Virus record (IMG/VR): IMGVR_UViG_3300047323_000675
Length of the DNA: 64,000 nucleotides
Reading direction: 5' to 3' (one strand)
From: a virus
Shown here: one piece after another, positions 1 through 10,030 of the stretch
Layout: each line of letters opens with the position of its first letter
Numbering within the stretch: the stretch's first letter is position 1
Program-made: the position numbers and the translations under genes
Notes under the pieces: generated by a model
What the model was told of the DNA's origin: nothing
The model's input: only the letters and a program-made list of their open reading frames with translations
The model's database searches: none

Positions 1-1
1 T

Positions 2-859
2 TTAAATTTTTAATCGTTTAGCACTTATCTTATCATCTTGAATAAGTAAATTATTAATTAACTGTTCAGCTAAATAGACTTGACTCAAAATTGGTTCTTT
101 AGCTATTTTTTCTTCAACTTCAGGATAATTATATATCTTAAAATTGTGAATTAAATGTTTAGCTAATTTAAAAAGTGATTCCTTTTCGTCAGGAAGGCTT
201 AGTGAACTAGTTTTAAATAAATCAAGAATATCAAATTCTTCATTAAGAGCTTTAACTAATAGTTTATCAAATAAATCTAACTTATCTAACATAAATACTG
301 TGATTAAATCTTCAAATTTAGTTTTTGGATGATTTTTTAATTCGTGAGATAGAAAAAGATATTCTATTAAATCCATGTTAGGTTCAAAATTATATAATGC
401 ATTTGTTAGTCCTGATTCTAGAACATCATGGGTTATGACAGCTTTGCCAAATTGTTTAGAAAGTATTCGATGATTGATGCCATTATCCTCACCTATAATA
501 TGTTGATATTTTTTATCAAATTCAACTAAATACTTCACTACTTCTATATGGTTATATGTACAAGCTTTAATGAATCCTGAAGCCGTAGCAATGCCACGAA
601 GATAGTTGTTTTCATGATTAAAACTAGATTTTTTTAAAGCACTTTTTACAAAATTAAAATTTCCTACTTGGCATATTTTAGTAAATATTGAGCTATAGTT
701 TTTATATTGTATATGTGTAGGATGATAATGGTCATAAAAAAGGTAAAATGGTGTTAATTCATTATTTAACAGTTTATCAAATTCAGCAATATTATTGTAA
801 CTCAATAATTCTATAACTTTATCTTTTAAATTCTCAAGTTTTTTATCATCTATATCCAT
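2..859 (-). CDS. divergent ankyrin-like protein with basic tail
   Basis: ICQVGNFNFVKSAL and ACTYNHIEVVKYLVE repeats; ends KRLKI. Confidence 0.7.
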   Translation of the reverse strand: MDIDDKKLENLKDKVIELLSYNNIAEFDKLLNNELTPFYLFYDHYHPTHIQYKNYSSIFTKICQVGNFNFVKSALKKSSFNHENNYLRGIATASGFIKACTYNHIEVVKYLVEFDKKYQHIIGEDNGINHRILSKQFGKAVITHDVLESGLTNALYNFEPNMDLIEYLFLSHELKNHPKTKFEDLITVFMLDKLDLFDKLLVKALNEEFDILDLFKTSSLSLPDEKESLFKLAKHLIHNFKIYNYPEVEEKIAKEPILSQVYLAEQLINNLLIQDDKISAKRLKI

Positions 860-876
860 ATTTATATCTGTTCTTT

Positions 877-1023
877 TTATTTAGTTTTTTTATGTAAAAG
901 ATTGGGTGAAAGTTTCTCACTTATTTTAGGTGATACCATGCCCTTCACAGCATCTAAATTGCCAGCCATACATTGTGAAATAAATTTGTTGCTTAGAGAC
1001 TCACTAATACTATTGGCATTTAT
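877..1023 (-). pseudogene. collapsed ankyrin-family remnant (48 codons, ATA at the likely start position)
   Basis: Hand translation: INANSISESLSNKFISQCMAGNLDAVKGMVSPKISEKLSPNLLHKKTK*; resembles the family N-terminal half-repeat joined to a basic tail; not in the ORF track. Confidence 0.55.
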
Positions 1024-1073
1024 ATTCTTACCTTTTATTTTAATTATACTAGAAATATTTATTTAATAACAGT

Positions 1074-1706
1074 TTATAGCTTTATTCTTTTAGTATCATT
1101 TTTATTCATAATTGGCTGACTATCAATTTCAGCCTTCAATCGCCTATATTCAAATAGTGTTTTTATATCTTTATCCCTTAAGATAATTCTTCTAATTTCT
1201 CTAGTAGGTTTAATTTTTACATTTAAGATAAGGTATTCGACCATATTTTTTTGATTATTTTCATAAGCTGCAAAAAATGCATTTTCTTGTGAGTTAAAAA
1301 AATCAATAGGCTTTTCTAATTCAGGAGATGCTAAAAAATATTTAACGATATCTATATGACCATTTTTACAGGCTACTAAAAACCCTGCTTTAATGGTTTT
1401 ACTCAACTGAATTGATTCAGGAGATGTTAATAAATATTGAACAATACCAAGATATCCTTTATTACAGGCATATATTAAATCTATGTGGGCATGATTTACC
1501 AATTCAGGAGATTTAGTTAAATATTTAATCATTATTGGATCATGCTGTGAAGCTATAAGTCCCTTATTTAAAAATTTATCATTATGTTTATGGTATTTAT
1601 TGACCATATATTTAATTGTAGAGAAATCACTATTTTTACAAGCTTCCAAGAATTTTTCTAATACTTTATCTGTATAATTGGCGAATATTTCGTTTAGTTT
1701 ATCCAT
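1074..1706 (-). CDS. ankyrin-repeat protein
   Basis: ACNKGYLGIVQYLLTSPE, ACKNGHIDIVKYFL; ends KRIKL. Confidence 0.88.
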   Translation of the reverse strand: MDKLNEIFANYTDKVLEKFLEACKNSDFSTIKYMVNKYHKHNDKFLNKGLIASQHDPIMIKYLTKSPELVNHAHIDLIYACNKGYLGIVQYLLTSPESIQLSKTIKAGFLVACKNGHIDIVKYFLASPELEKPIDFFNSQENAFFAAYENNQKNMVEYLILNVKIKPTREIRRIILRDKDIKTLFEYRRLKAEIDSQPIMNKNDTKRIKL

Positions 1707-1711
1707 ATTTA

Positions 1712-2566
1712 TTATAACTTCATTCTTTTAGGTGTTTTGGCAATTGAATTATCTTGATTACCATCTTTTAAATGTTCTCTTAAATCTCGCACATCAAAAA
1801 TTTTTTTAATAATATTTTTATATGCAATTTCATCTTTAGTGCTTAAATATTTTTGATTGGAATTATTTAAAAAATTTTCAATGATGGTAGTTTTAGGAAT
1901 ATTTAAATCTAAAATAAAATATTCAATAATTCCTTGAATCATATTTAAGTCAGAATATGGCTTTGTAGCTGCTAGTCCTAATTTAAATATCATTGATATT
2001 GTAAGATGATTGGGATCTCTATCTCTAACACTAAGTGCATTCATATAATCATTACAAACAGATAAAAATGCTTCATCACTTTCTAAATATAATTTAGTAT
2101 GTTTTTTAAGTTCAAGAGCAGATGTGCAAAACTTGATTAGATCAAAATTAAGAGTATTACATGCTAATATAAATACTTTATTTACAAATATATCTGCATG
2201 ATTTTCTAATTTAGGTGATGAAAGTAAAAATTTAATTATATTATTTTTTCTATTGATACATGTATCTCTAACCCAAAAATCACTTTCAATATGTATATTG
2301 TGGAAGGATTTCTTTGTATTAGGTGATGTTAATAAATATTCGACAATATTTAAATGACCTTTTTCGCAGGCATTTTCAAAAGCTAATTTTAAAACAGGTT
2401 TAATTAAAGATGTAATTTTTATTCTTTTAACATTTAATAAGTTATCTAAAGCTTTTAAATTACCTCGTTTACAAATTTCAGTTAAACTATTGAGATCATC
2501 TTCATTAAATTTTGGTTTTAAAAATCCTTTAAATATTTGTTTAAATTTTTCCATATCCATAATCAT
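1712..2566 (-). CDS. ankyrin-repeat protein, FKQIFK subfamily
   Basis: ACEKGHLNIVEYLLTSP; N-terminus MEKFKQIFK shared with 8543..9355; ends KRMKL. Confidence 0.88.
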   Translation of the reverse strand: MIMDMEKFKQIFKGFLKPKFNEDDLNSLTEICKRGNLKALDNLLNVKRIKITSLIKPVLKLAFENACEKGHLNIVEYLLTSPNTKKSFHNIHIESDFWVRDTCINRKNNIIKFLLSSPKLENHADIFVNKVFILACNTLNFDLIKFCTSALELKKHTKLYLESDEAFLSVCNDYMNALSVRDRDPNHLTISMIFKLGLAATKPYSDLNMIQGIIEYFILDLNIPKTTIIENFLNNSNQKYLSTKDEIAYKNIIKKIFDVRDLREHLKDGNQDNSIAKTPKRMKL

Positions 2567-2853
2567 AATTTAGGTTTTTTATTTTGCTTATCAACTTCGA
2601 AATTATTTAATTTATTATTTAATTCCGCATTCAAATCTCGCATTTCAAACAATTTTTCTATTGCAGGATTAGGGTAGGTTTTTAATAATTTTTCAATGTT
2701 TTTATTTTTTTCTATTTTAGCTTCAAGAATATAATATTTAATAACATCAAATTTTTTAGCATCTAATAAGTAATGAAATATGAGATTATTGTCTTCATGA
2801 AAATCAGGATGTTTATCCTGATCAATATAAATAGGTATTATGTTTTTTTTCAT
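2563..2853 (-). CDS. short ankyrin-family protein (last partial repeat plus C-terminal module)
   Basis: HPDFHEDNNLIF...YYILEAKIEK...FEMRDLNAEL; ends KKPKL. Confidence 0.65.
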   Translation of the reverse strand: MKKNIIPIYIDQDKHPDFHEDNNLIFHYLLDAKKFDVIKYYILEAKIEKNKNIEKLLKTYPNPAIEKLFEMRDLNAELNNKLNNFEVDKQNKKPKL

Positions 2854-2912
2854 ATGATTAATTTGTTCTTACTATTTATTTTATCAGATAGTAATTATTG
2901 TTTCAAATTTAA

Positions 2913-3629
2913 TCATATTTTAGTTTTCTTATTGTTTGGTGCATTAGTAAGTAATTCTTGATGTAATTTTTTATTTAACGCTTGTTTTTCAAAAATACTA
3001 TTTACAGTTTGTATTTGTACAGAAATATCAGGATTAGTGGATGTAGAACTTTGTTCTTCTAGGAATTTAGAAATATGTTCATTTTTAGGTATTTCTCTAT
3101 AGGTAACTAAGAATTCTATAAAACTCACATGTTGATGAATAAATAAATTAAAAAAAATATCATTTTCATAATTAAAAAGAAACATATTAGGTAAGTTTTC
3201 TTGAAAGTAATCTACAAGATAAGTAAATATTTCTAATTCATCAGACTCTGCTGCTATAATTATCATTTGCAAGCTATTTTCATAATCAATTTGTTTTAAT
3301 GAAGGATGATTTAAGAAATATTTTAATATATCTAAATATCCATATCTAATCGAATTAACAATTGCTTCATAATCATTATTTTCAATAATAGCATGTTGCT
3401 TCAATTTGGGACTATCTAACATAAATTTTATGACCTCTAAATTACCAAAGCCAGCAGCTAATTCTAAACCAACACCATTGCAAGTATTAATATCAACATT
3501 CTCTTTTAAATTATTACTAGTAAGAAGATATTCAATATCTTCTATACTTTCAGTTTGGCAAATATCAATGAAAATATTTTCTAAATTATCCAAAGTTTGT
3601 TGGTTATAGTATTCAGGTGAATGTATCAT
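2913..3629 (-). CDS. ankyrin-repeat protein
   Basis: GLELAAGFGNLEVIKFML; ends KKTKI. Confidence 0.88.
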   Translation of the reverse strand: MIHSPEYYNQQTLDNLENIFIDICQTESIEDIEYLLTSNNLKENVDINTCNGVGLELAAGFGNLEVIKFMLDSPKLKQHAIIENNDYEAIVNSIRYGYLDILKYFLNHPSLKQIDYENSLQMIIIAAESDELEIFTYLVDYFQENLPNMFLFNYENDIFFNLFIHQHVSFIEFLVTYREIPKNEHISKFLEEQSSTSTNPDISVQIQTVNSIFEKQALNKKLHQELLTNAPNNKKTKI

Positions 3630-3636
3630 TATTATA

Positions 3637-4449
3637 TTAAACTTTATTTCTTCTATTAGGATTATTATTAATCATTAAATTTTGGTTTAGTTCATTATTA
3701 ACATCACTAAGCTCAAACCATTGTTCAATTTGAGGATTTGGATCATTAGCTAATATACTTTCAATATTTTTATTTTTAATTAATCCTTTTTCAAAAATTA
3801 AATATTTGATAATATCTAAAGTATTATTTGAACTAAATGCAGCAAAAAATATCATTTCATCATCCGAATAAATTGGAAGATTAGGAAATTTAGAATAAAA
3901 TTTTTCAATAACTTCAATATTGCCTATTCTTAGTGCATTAATAAATGCAGTTTCAGGATTTGAATGAGTCTTTAACTCCAAAGAATATAAAAGATAATCA
4001 ATTAATTCTTTATAATCATTTTTAACAGCATTATATAATGTTTTATCAGCTTGGGCATTGATATCAGCATGTTGTTTTAATTCAGGTGAAGTTAATAAAT
4101 ACTTTACAATTTCTATATTTCCTTTTGATGCGGCAAAAATCAAAGCATCATTATCATGAACGCTAACGGGAACATTCGTGGTTAAGCTAGAATCAGTTAA
4201 TAGATATCTAACAATATTTAGATGGTTAGATATACATGCATTGATTAGACCAGTTGTTAAGTGTGGATGAATTAAATGTTTATGATGAGTAGATTGAGTT
4301 AAATATCTAACTGTATCCATATCATTTTCACTACAAGCTAAAGCAAAAATAGAAAATAATTGAAATTTATCTTGTATATTTCCGAATTTTTTTTCCAAAT
4401 CATCCATTTTCTCTTTTATTCTATAATATTGTTCTTTTACATTATTCAT
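3637..4449 (-). CDS. ankyrin-repeat protein
   Basis: ALIFAASKGNIEIVKYLLTSPELKQHA; ends RRNKV. Confidence 0.9.
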   Translation of the reverse strand: MNNVKEQYYRIKEKMDDLEKKFGNIQDKFQLFSIFALACSENDMDTVRYLTQSTHHKHLIHPHLTTGLINACISNHLNIVRYLLTDSSLTTNVPVSVHDNDALIFAASKGNIEIVKYLLTSPELKQHADINAQADKTLYNAVKNDYKELIDYLLYSLELKTHSNPETAFINALRIGNIEVIEKFYSKFPNLPIYSDDEMIFFAAFSSNNTLDIIKYLIFEKGLIKNKNIESILANDPNPQIEQWFELSDVNNELNQNLMINNNPNRRNKV

Positions 4450-5357
4450 ATCTTAATTTTCTTTGCATTTAATTCATTAATAGATAAATCTTGATGAAGG
4501 TTGTGATTGAGATCTCTTAACTTAAACATATTTTCAACTACTTCGCGCTTATAAGTTAATCTGAATTCTTTTATAGCTTCAGTTTCATCAATATTTAAAT
4601 CAAAAATAAAATATTGGAGCATGTCTAAAGGTTTATCTTTTCTTGCTTGTATTATCAAAGTGCGAAAAATTTCATCACGATCATTATGAATATCAACATG
4701 TTTGGCAAGATTGGGTGAGTTAAATATATATTTAATCTGTTCTATATTATTTGAATAACAGCAACTATATATTACTCCTTCTAGCATAGCACTAATTACT
4801 GTATTAGAATATTTTGTTCCTAATTCGATAAAAGATTTAAAAAAATCAAAATCATTAGAAGAACTTGCGGCTCCTGCTGCTTTAGAAACATGATTTAAAA
4901 AACGATCATCTTTATCTTTAGAAACAGAAATTAAATACTCAAATAATTCTAGATTTTTACTTTGAACAGATAAAACTACTGGATTGTTATTTGCGGTATT
5001 AACAAATGGTATTTGAGGATGTTTTTCTAATTCAGGAGATTCAAATAGATATTTAACAATATGTAGATGTCCAGCTTCACAGGCAGAAGATAAGACAGAA
5101 TCGTAATCATCATTAATATCAAAATGATTCTTAGTTTCATGTGAAGTTAAAAGATACTTTACAAGTTCAATATTTCCACTAAAGCAAGCTGAAACTAATA
5201 CTCCATTGGTTCCGATAAAGTTAATATTATCTTGTATTTGTGGTTGAGCAAATAAAATTTTAACCTTTTCTAAGTCACCTTTACTTGCACACTCATATAG
5301 AATATCAGTTAATTCATAATTATCTTTTGCTGCTAGAGAGTCTATAAATTCTTTCAT
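4446..5357 (-). CDS. ankyrin-repeat protein
   Basis: ACFSGNIELVKYLLTS, ACEAGHLHIVKYL; ends KKIKI. Confidence 0.9.
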   Translation of the reverse strand: MKEFIDSLAAKDNYELTDILYECASKGDLEKVKILFAQPQIQDNINFIGTNGVLVSACFSGNIELVKYLLTSHETKNHFDINDDYDSVLSSACEAGHLHIVKYLFESPELEKHPQIPFVNTANNNPVVLSVQSKNLELFEYLISVSKDKDDRFLNHVSKAAGAASSSNDFDFFKSFIELGTKYSNTVISAMLEGVIYSCCYSNNIEQIKYIFNSPNLAKHVDIHNDRDEIFRTLIIQARKDKPLDMLQYFIFDLNIDETEAIKEFRLTYKREVVENMFKLRDLNHNLHQDLSINELNAKKIKI

Positions 5358-5845
5358 ATTTTAGTCTTTTTATTTATTGTTTTATTTTTATCAGATAAGT
5401 CATCTTTTAACAAATTATGTAATGTTCTTGTGTTAAAGAGTTGAGCAACAGTATTACGGTAATCTGTATTACTGTAATTTAAAAAATCTTCCATAAATTT
5501 AGTTTTTTCAATATTTAATTCTAGAATTAAGTATTGAATCATTGGTATATCCTCATTAATTCTTATTGCATCTAAAACAAATTTATTTTGAATATATGAG
5601 AGAGCATTTTCTCCTAAGTAATTATTTTCTACTAAATACTTAACAACATTTATATGACGGTTTTGAACTGCCTCAAGAATTGCACCAAATTTATTAAAAT
5701 CAGTAGCATTATATTTTAACTCAGTTGAGTTAAGTAAATAATCCAAAATTTCAATATCACCTTTAGCACAGTTATCTAAAAAAGCATCATTGATCTTTTC
5801 TTTACTTAAATTCTTAAATTGTTGATATAGTTTTGGATTAATCAT
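5354..5845 (-). CDS. ankyrin-repeat protein (short)
   Basis: CAKGDIEILDYLL, AVQNRHINVVKYLVE; ends KKTKI. Confidence 0.85.
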   Translation of the reverse strand: MINPKLYQQFKNLSKEKINDAFLDNCAKGDIEILDYLLNSTELKYNATDFNKFGAILEAVQNRHINVVKYLVENNYLGENALSYIQNKFVLDAIRINEDIPMIQYLILELNIEKTKFMEDFLNYSNTDYRNTVAQLFNTRTLHNLLKDDLSDKNKTINKKTKI

Positions 5846-6333
5846 AATTTTGAACTTTTTGATTTAGCATTATTAGTAACAAGCTTTTCTTTTAAGTCCA
5901 TCATAATATCTCGTGTTTCAAATAATTTTGATGCAATTTCATAATAATCTGAGTTAATATGCTTAAAATCATCAATATTTAAAAAAATTTTATCCATATT
6001 CATTTCAAATATAAAAAACTTTAGAATTTCTATATTTTGAGTTTGTATAATAGTTTCAAGTATAATATTATTGTCATGATATATATGAGCATGCTCTTTT
6101 AACTTGGAAGAAGTGCATAAGAATCTTACAATATCCAAATTTTGAGAACACAAAGCAGTTCGTAATGCATTATCTTCATCCATGTGGATATTTAGATGAT
6201 TTGATATATCATCATTAGTTAGAAAGTATTTAACTAAATCTAAATTTCCCCATCGACATGCACCAATTAAAGATTTTTGAAGTTCTTCCTTTGTATAATA
6301 GTGATACCTAGTATATATCTCATTTGTAATCAT
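5842..6333 (-). CDS. ankyrin-repeat protein (short)
   Basis: ACRWGNLDLVKYFLT; ends KSSKL. Confidence 0.85.
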   Translation of the reverse strand: MITNEIYTRYHYYTKEELQKSLIGACRWGNLDLVKYFLTNDDISNHLNIHMDEDNALRTALCSQNLDIVRFLCTSSKLKEHAHIYHDNNIILETIIQTQNIEILKFFIFEMNMDKIFLNIDDFKHINSDYYEIASKLFETRDIMMDLKEKLVTNNAKSKSSKL

Positions 6334-6404
6334 ATTTTTATACTAATTCTTTAACAATAGATTGATTAATCAATTTAGCTTATTAAATTTGAATTTTGGA
6401 TTAA

Positions 6405-6788
6405 TCATAATTTAAATATTTTATCAATTTGATTAACTGAAAGCAATTCTTTGTTTAGTTCTCTAATTTGAAACATGCTATTAGCTAATTTGGAATGCTT
6501 ATTATTAATTTTATATATTATTTTTTCAATTTCCTCTGTTTTTTGAATATTCAAATTAAATATTAGATGTTTTAATATTTCATCATCTTCACTACTTAAT
6601 GCAAATATGAATGGACCATTTGATGTAGAATATATATCTGCACGAAAAGGTAATTCAGGGCTATTTAAAAGAAAGTCTGTAAGAGGCCAATCTTTATTTC
6701 CGATTGCAAAAAGAAAGGATAAATTTATCTGCTCTTGATTAAAATCTTGATAATATTTTAATCCATATGGTGGAATATAATTTGTCAT
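6405..6788 (-). CDS. ankyrin-family protein (short, divergent)
   Basis: FLLNSPELPFRADIY...LIFNLNIQKT...FQIRELNKEL; ends KIFKL. Confidence 0.75.
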   Translation of the reverse strand: MTNYIPPYGLKYYQDFNQEQINLSFLFAIGNKDWPLTDFLLNSPELPFRADIYSTSNGPFIFALSSEDDEILKHLIFNLNIQKTEEIEKIIYKINNKHSKLANSMFQIRELNKELLSVNQIDKIFKL

Positions 6789-6801
6789 AATAGCTTTCTA
6801 G

Positions 6802-7707
6802 TTAAATCTTAGTAATTTTTTCTTTATTATCAGGATTGTGAGCTAATTCATTATTTAGATTTTCATTTAATTCAAGCATTCTAAAAAAGCTATCCATATC
6901 ATCAGACATATATTTTGGAGTGGGATTAGCAATAATTTTTTTAATATATTCTGTTTTTTTAATTTTAGCTTGGAATATAAGATACTTTAATATATGAACA
7001 TGACCGTTACGAAAAGCTTCATAAAATGCTGAATCAATAGATTTTTCTATGTTGATATTTTCTTTAAGCTCTTTGGAGAATAATAAATAATCAACAATAT
7101 CTAAATTCCCACTCTCACATGCCTCTGAGAGTGCATTTTCCATAGTAACTTTATCTTCAAAGTTAATATCTGCATGTACTTTCAATTCAGGATTGGTGAG
7201 AATATACTTCACCTCTTCTAATTCTCCTTTTCTACAAGCAGATAAAAGTTCATAATTCATACTACTTTTAGATTTTTTACGATATTTTATGAAAAATTTA
7301 TTGTGAGATTGAATTTTTTGCTCAAGATATTTAAAAGATACTCTTCTAACAGTTTTTGATTTTAATGTATAAAATAAAGCCTTAAAAAAATTTACATTTC
7401 TTCTTTTTCTAAAAAGTGAAAATGCTTCAATTGTGTCTGACAATAAGACAAAAATTTCGCAAGCTCCAATATATGCACAAAATAGCCCTGCAATAATAGT
7501 GAAGAAAGCAGGAATAACAATAAAAGGAGAAAACACTAATGTTACCGCCTGAAGTAGAGAAAAATTAATAACATTATTAGTTTTGAAAATTATAATTGTT
7601 ACCCCAATACTAATTGAGCAAACAAACATAAAAAAACCTAGAAAATTAAATAATATTTTCTCTATGATTTTAAGAATGTCTTTAATTTTTATGTAAATGT
7701 TTTTCAT
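6802..7707 (-). CDS. membrane-anchored ankyrin-repeat protein
   Basis: Hydrophobic N-terminus (approx. aa 18-90, about 2 TM segments), then ACRKGELEEVKYILTNPEL repeats; ends KITKI. Confidence 0.8.
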   Translation of the reverse strand: MKNIYIKIKDILKIIEKILFNFLGFFMFVCSISIGVTIIIFKTNNVINFSLLQAVTLVFSPFIVIPAFFTIIAGLFCAYIGACEIFVLLSDTIEAFSLFRKRRNVNFFKALFYTLKSKTVRRVSFKYLEQKIQSHNKFFIKYRKKSKSSMNYELLSACRKGELEEVKYILTNPELKVHADINFEDKVTMENALSEACESGNLDIVDYLLFSKELKENINIEKSIDSAFYEAFRNGHVHILKYLIFQAKIKKTEYIKKIIANPTPKYMSDDMDSFFRMLELNENLNNELAHNPDNKEKITKI

Positions 7708-7709
7708 GA

Positions 7710-8450
7710 TTATTTCTGCTTTAAATAACGGTTTACTTTTTCATAAGTATATAACTGCCAGCTAACATTATACCCTTGATTTTTCATTTTTTTAACAGAA
7801 TCAATAAAAAGATTATCCATAATTAGTTTATAGAAATAGATCGAATCATCTAAAGTTGGGCTATTTTTATTAACACTCATATAATCAGCTTTACTATTAA
7901 TTGCAGTAAAGGTTGATTCAATACTTTCAAAATATTCAAGATCTGAGCCATCAACAGCTTTAAGATATGGTAAAATATTGTAGGCAATAATATCGAAAAA
8001 ATAATAATCATTATAAGCAGCACCAGCAAAAATATAGCAATCAGATAGATTACTGATTTCATTTATATATTGGCGGATAGTTCCGTAATCCTTTGTATAG
8101 TCTGCGGCATTGTCATTAATAACATCTTCATTATAAATGATAATGGAATAGGGTGTGTTTTCAAATGAAAATTGAAGATAGTAAAAGATATCTTCAGGCT
8201 CATCATTGGCAATATCTTCAGATTGAAGCATTACCATTTTATTAAGGATATCTTTAACTTGTGCTAGTTTATAATGATGCACAAAATGGATATTAGCTGT
8301 ACAACAAGATGAGCCAATCAGATTATCAATTCCACCATTAAACTTAGTAAATTTTTGAAGAGAATCTAGAATAAAATTTTCTGTATTTTCTAAACAATGA
8401 ATAAAAGCATCTTTACCTGCAATTTTAGTCTGCACAGTAATCATTTTCAT
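7710..8450 (-). CDS. hypothetical protein (non-ankyrin, no basic tail)
   Basis: 246-aa ORF with GGAG Shine-Dalgarno upstream of the ATG; no family recognised. Confidence 0.75.
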   Translation of the reverse strand: MKMITVQTKIAGKDAFIHCLENTENFILDSLQKFTKFNGGIDNLIGSSCCTANIHFVHHYKLAQVKDILNKMVMLQSEDIANDEPEDIFYYLQFSFENTPYSIIIYNEDVINDNAADYTKDYGTIRQYINEISNLSDCYIFAGAAYNDYYFFDIIAYNILPYLKAVDGSDLEYFESIESTFTAINSKADYMSVNKNSPTLDDSIYFYKLIMDNLFIDSVKKMKNQGYNVSWQLYTYEKVNRYLKQK

Positions 8451-8477
8451 ATGAATTCTCCATTATAGTATTGAGGA

Positions 8478-8486
8478 ATTATATCA
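8478..8486 (-). promoter_or_regulatory. extended -10 promoter element (TGATATAAT)
   Basis: TGnTATAAT about 28 nt upstream of the 8450 start. Confidence 0.45.
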
Positions 8487-8542
8487 TATTTCTAATAAAT
8501 ATAATGGGTATTCTTTGACAAAAATTATGATTTTTTAGTTAT

Positions 8543-9355
8543 TTATAGCTTTATTTTTTTATAAGGTTTGATGTGATTTAATGGAGAAATATTGTGATTT
8601 AAAGATTCAGTTAAATCACGATAATCAAACATTGTATTAATCTCTTTTGCTGTATTGTTTTGTTCTTTTAATTTTTTTTGTAAGAAGTTTTCAATTGCTT
8701 CAGATTTAGGTATTTTTAATTCCAGAATAAAATAATCAATTATATCTTTAATTATTTTGGGTTCAGAGTAAGCATTTATTTTATGAATATTTGAACCTAA
8801 AGCGATCCTTACAAAATCTATATTGTCAATACTCATGGCCTTAATATAATCCTCACAAATAGAAATAAAACTAGAATCATTTTTTGTACGGATATTTGCA
8901 TGTTTTTTTAATTTTGGAGAAGAAGTAAAATATTTAATTAAATCAAAATTAAGTCCGTCACAAGCTGCAATAAATGCCTGATCATTACCCTTATGTATAT
9001 CAACATGATATTTTAAATCAGAGGAAGTAAACAAATATTCTATAACATCAAATTGTCCATTTTTACATGAAGGATTTATCCAGTAAGTGCTGTTAATATG
9101 CATGTCATGAAATGAACTTTTTGTATTATGTGAAGTTAATAAATATTTAACTATATCTATATTCCCGGCTTCACAAGCATATGAAAAAATCATTTCTAAA
9201 GAAGCACCATGTAAATATCCAATTTTTTTGATTGCAAATAGCTCACTAACAGCTTTAAGATCGTTTTTTTTACATGCAGTAGCAAGCTGAGAAAAATCAT
9301 CTTTAGTGAAATTAGTTTTAAATAGATTTTTAAAAATTTGTTTAAATTTTTCCAT
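8543..9355 (-). CDS. ankyrin-repeat protein, FKQIFK subfamily
   Basis: ACEAGNIDIVKYLLTS; paralog of 1712..2566 and 40199..41023; ends KKIKL. Confidence 0.9.
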   Translation of the reverse strand: MEKFKQIFKNLFKTNFTKDDFSQLATACKKNDLKAVSELFAIKKIGYLHGASLEMIFSYACEAGNIDIVKYLLTSHNTKSSFHDMHINSTYWINPSCKNGQFDVIEYLFTSSDLKYHVDIHKGNDQAFIAACDGLNFDLIKYFTSSPKLKKHANIRTKNDSSFISICEDYIKAMSIDNIDFVRIALGSNIHKINAYSEPKIIKDIIDYFILELKIPKSEAIENFLQKKLKEQNNTAKEINTMFDYRDLTESLNHNISPLNHIKPYKKIKL

Positions 9356-9358
9356 ATT

Positions 9359-10030
9359 TTATATCTTTAATTTTTTATTATTTTTATTTTCTATATTAAG
9401 TTCTTTTTTTAACTCTCTAGACATAAAAATAGATTCAATTTGAGAATTAGGAAGTTTTTTTAAATGTCTTTCAATATGTTCTGTTTTTTCTATATTACAA
9501 TTAAAAACTAAATAGTTAATTAATTCGAATCGTTTATTGTAACAAGCAGATATGAAAGCAGCATCATGATGCATATGTATATCAATTTTTTCTTTCATAT
9601 CAGGTGAATGAAGAAAATAATCAACAACATTTATACGGCCACCGGAGCAAGCCATGACAAGAGCATTACAATTATTATCTGCAATAAAAGCATGTTCTTT
9701 CAATTCTGATGAAGTCATTAAATATTTCACTATTTCTAAGTGTCCATAACATGCAGCCCACTGTAATGCCTCATTATCTTTAGAAAATATATTAGCATGT
9801 TTTTTTAATTCTGGAGATGTAAGAAGATATTTGATAACTTCAAAGTTTCCATGAATGCATGCTCCTCTTAGACAAACATCTGAATCATAATCTACTTCAG
9901 CATTAATGTTCAATTCATTTGTTGTTAATAAATATCTAACAGTATCTAAATCATTATTTTCACATGCTTGTGCTAAACAATAATTTAAATTATCTAAATT
10001 TAAATCTTTAAAGTCTGAATAATAACTCAT
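9359..10030 (-). CDS. ankyrin-repeat protein
   Basis: ALQWAACYGHLEIVKYLMTS; ends KKLKI. Confidence 0.92.
   Translation of the reverse strand: MSYYSDFKDLNLDNLNYCLAQACENNDLDTVRYLLTTNELNINAEVDYDSDVCLRGACIHGNFEVIKYLLTSPELKKHANIFSKDNEALQWAACYGHLEIVKYLMTSSELKEHAFIADNNCNALVMACSGGRINVVDYFLHSPDMKEKIDIHMHHDAAFISACYNKRFELINYLVFNCNIEKTEHIERHLKKLPNSQIESIFMSRELKKELNIENKNNKKLKI

Noticed and set aside
6361-6374. Perfect 14-bp palindrome attgattaatcaat in an intergenic gap
   Set aside because: Nearly all A/T and not found repeated as a full palindrome at other gaps; compatible with chance, though an operator role is not excluded
7877-8062. 61-aa hydrophobic minus-strand ORF
   Set aside because: Nested out of frame within 7710..8450, which has the promoter and SD; its hydrophobicity is expected from AT-rich alternate frames
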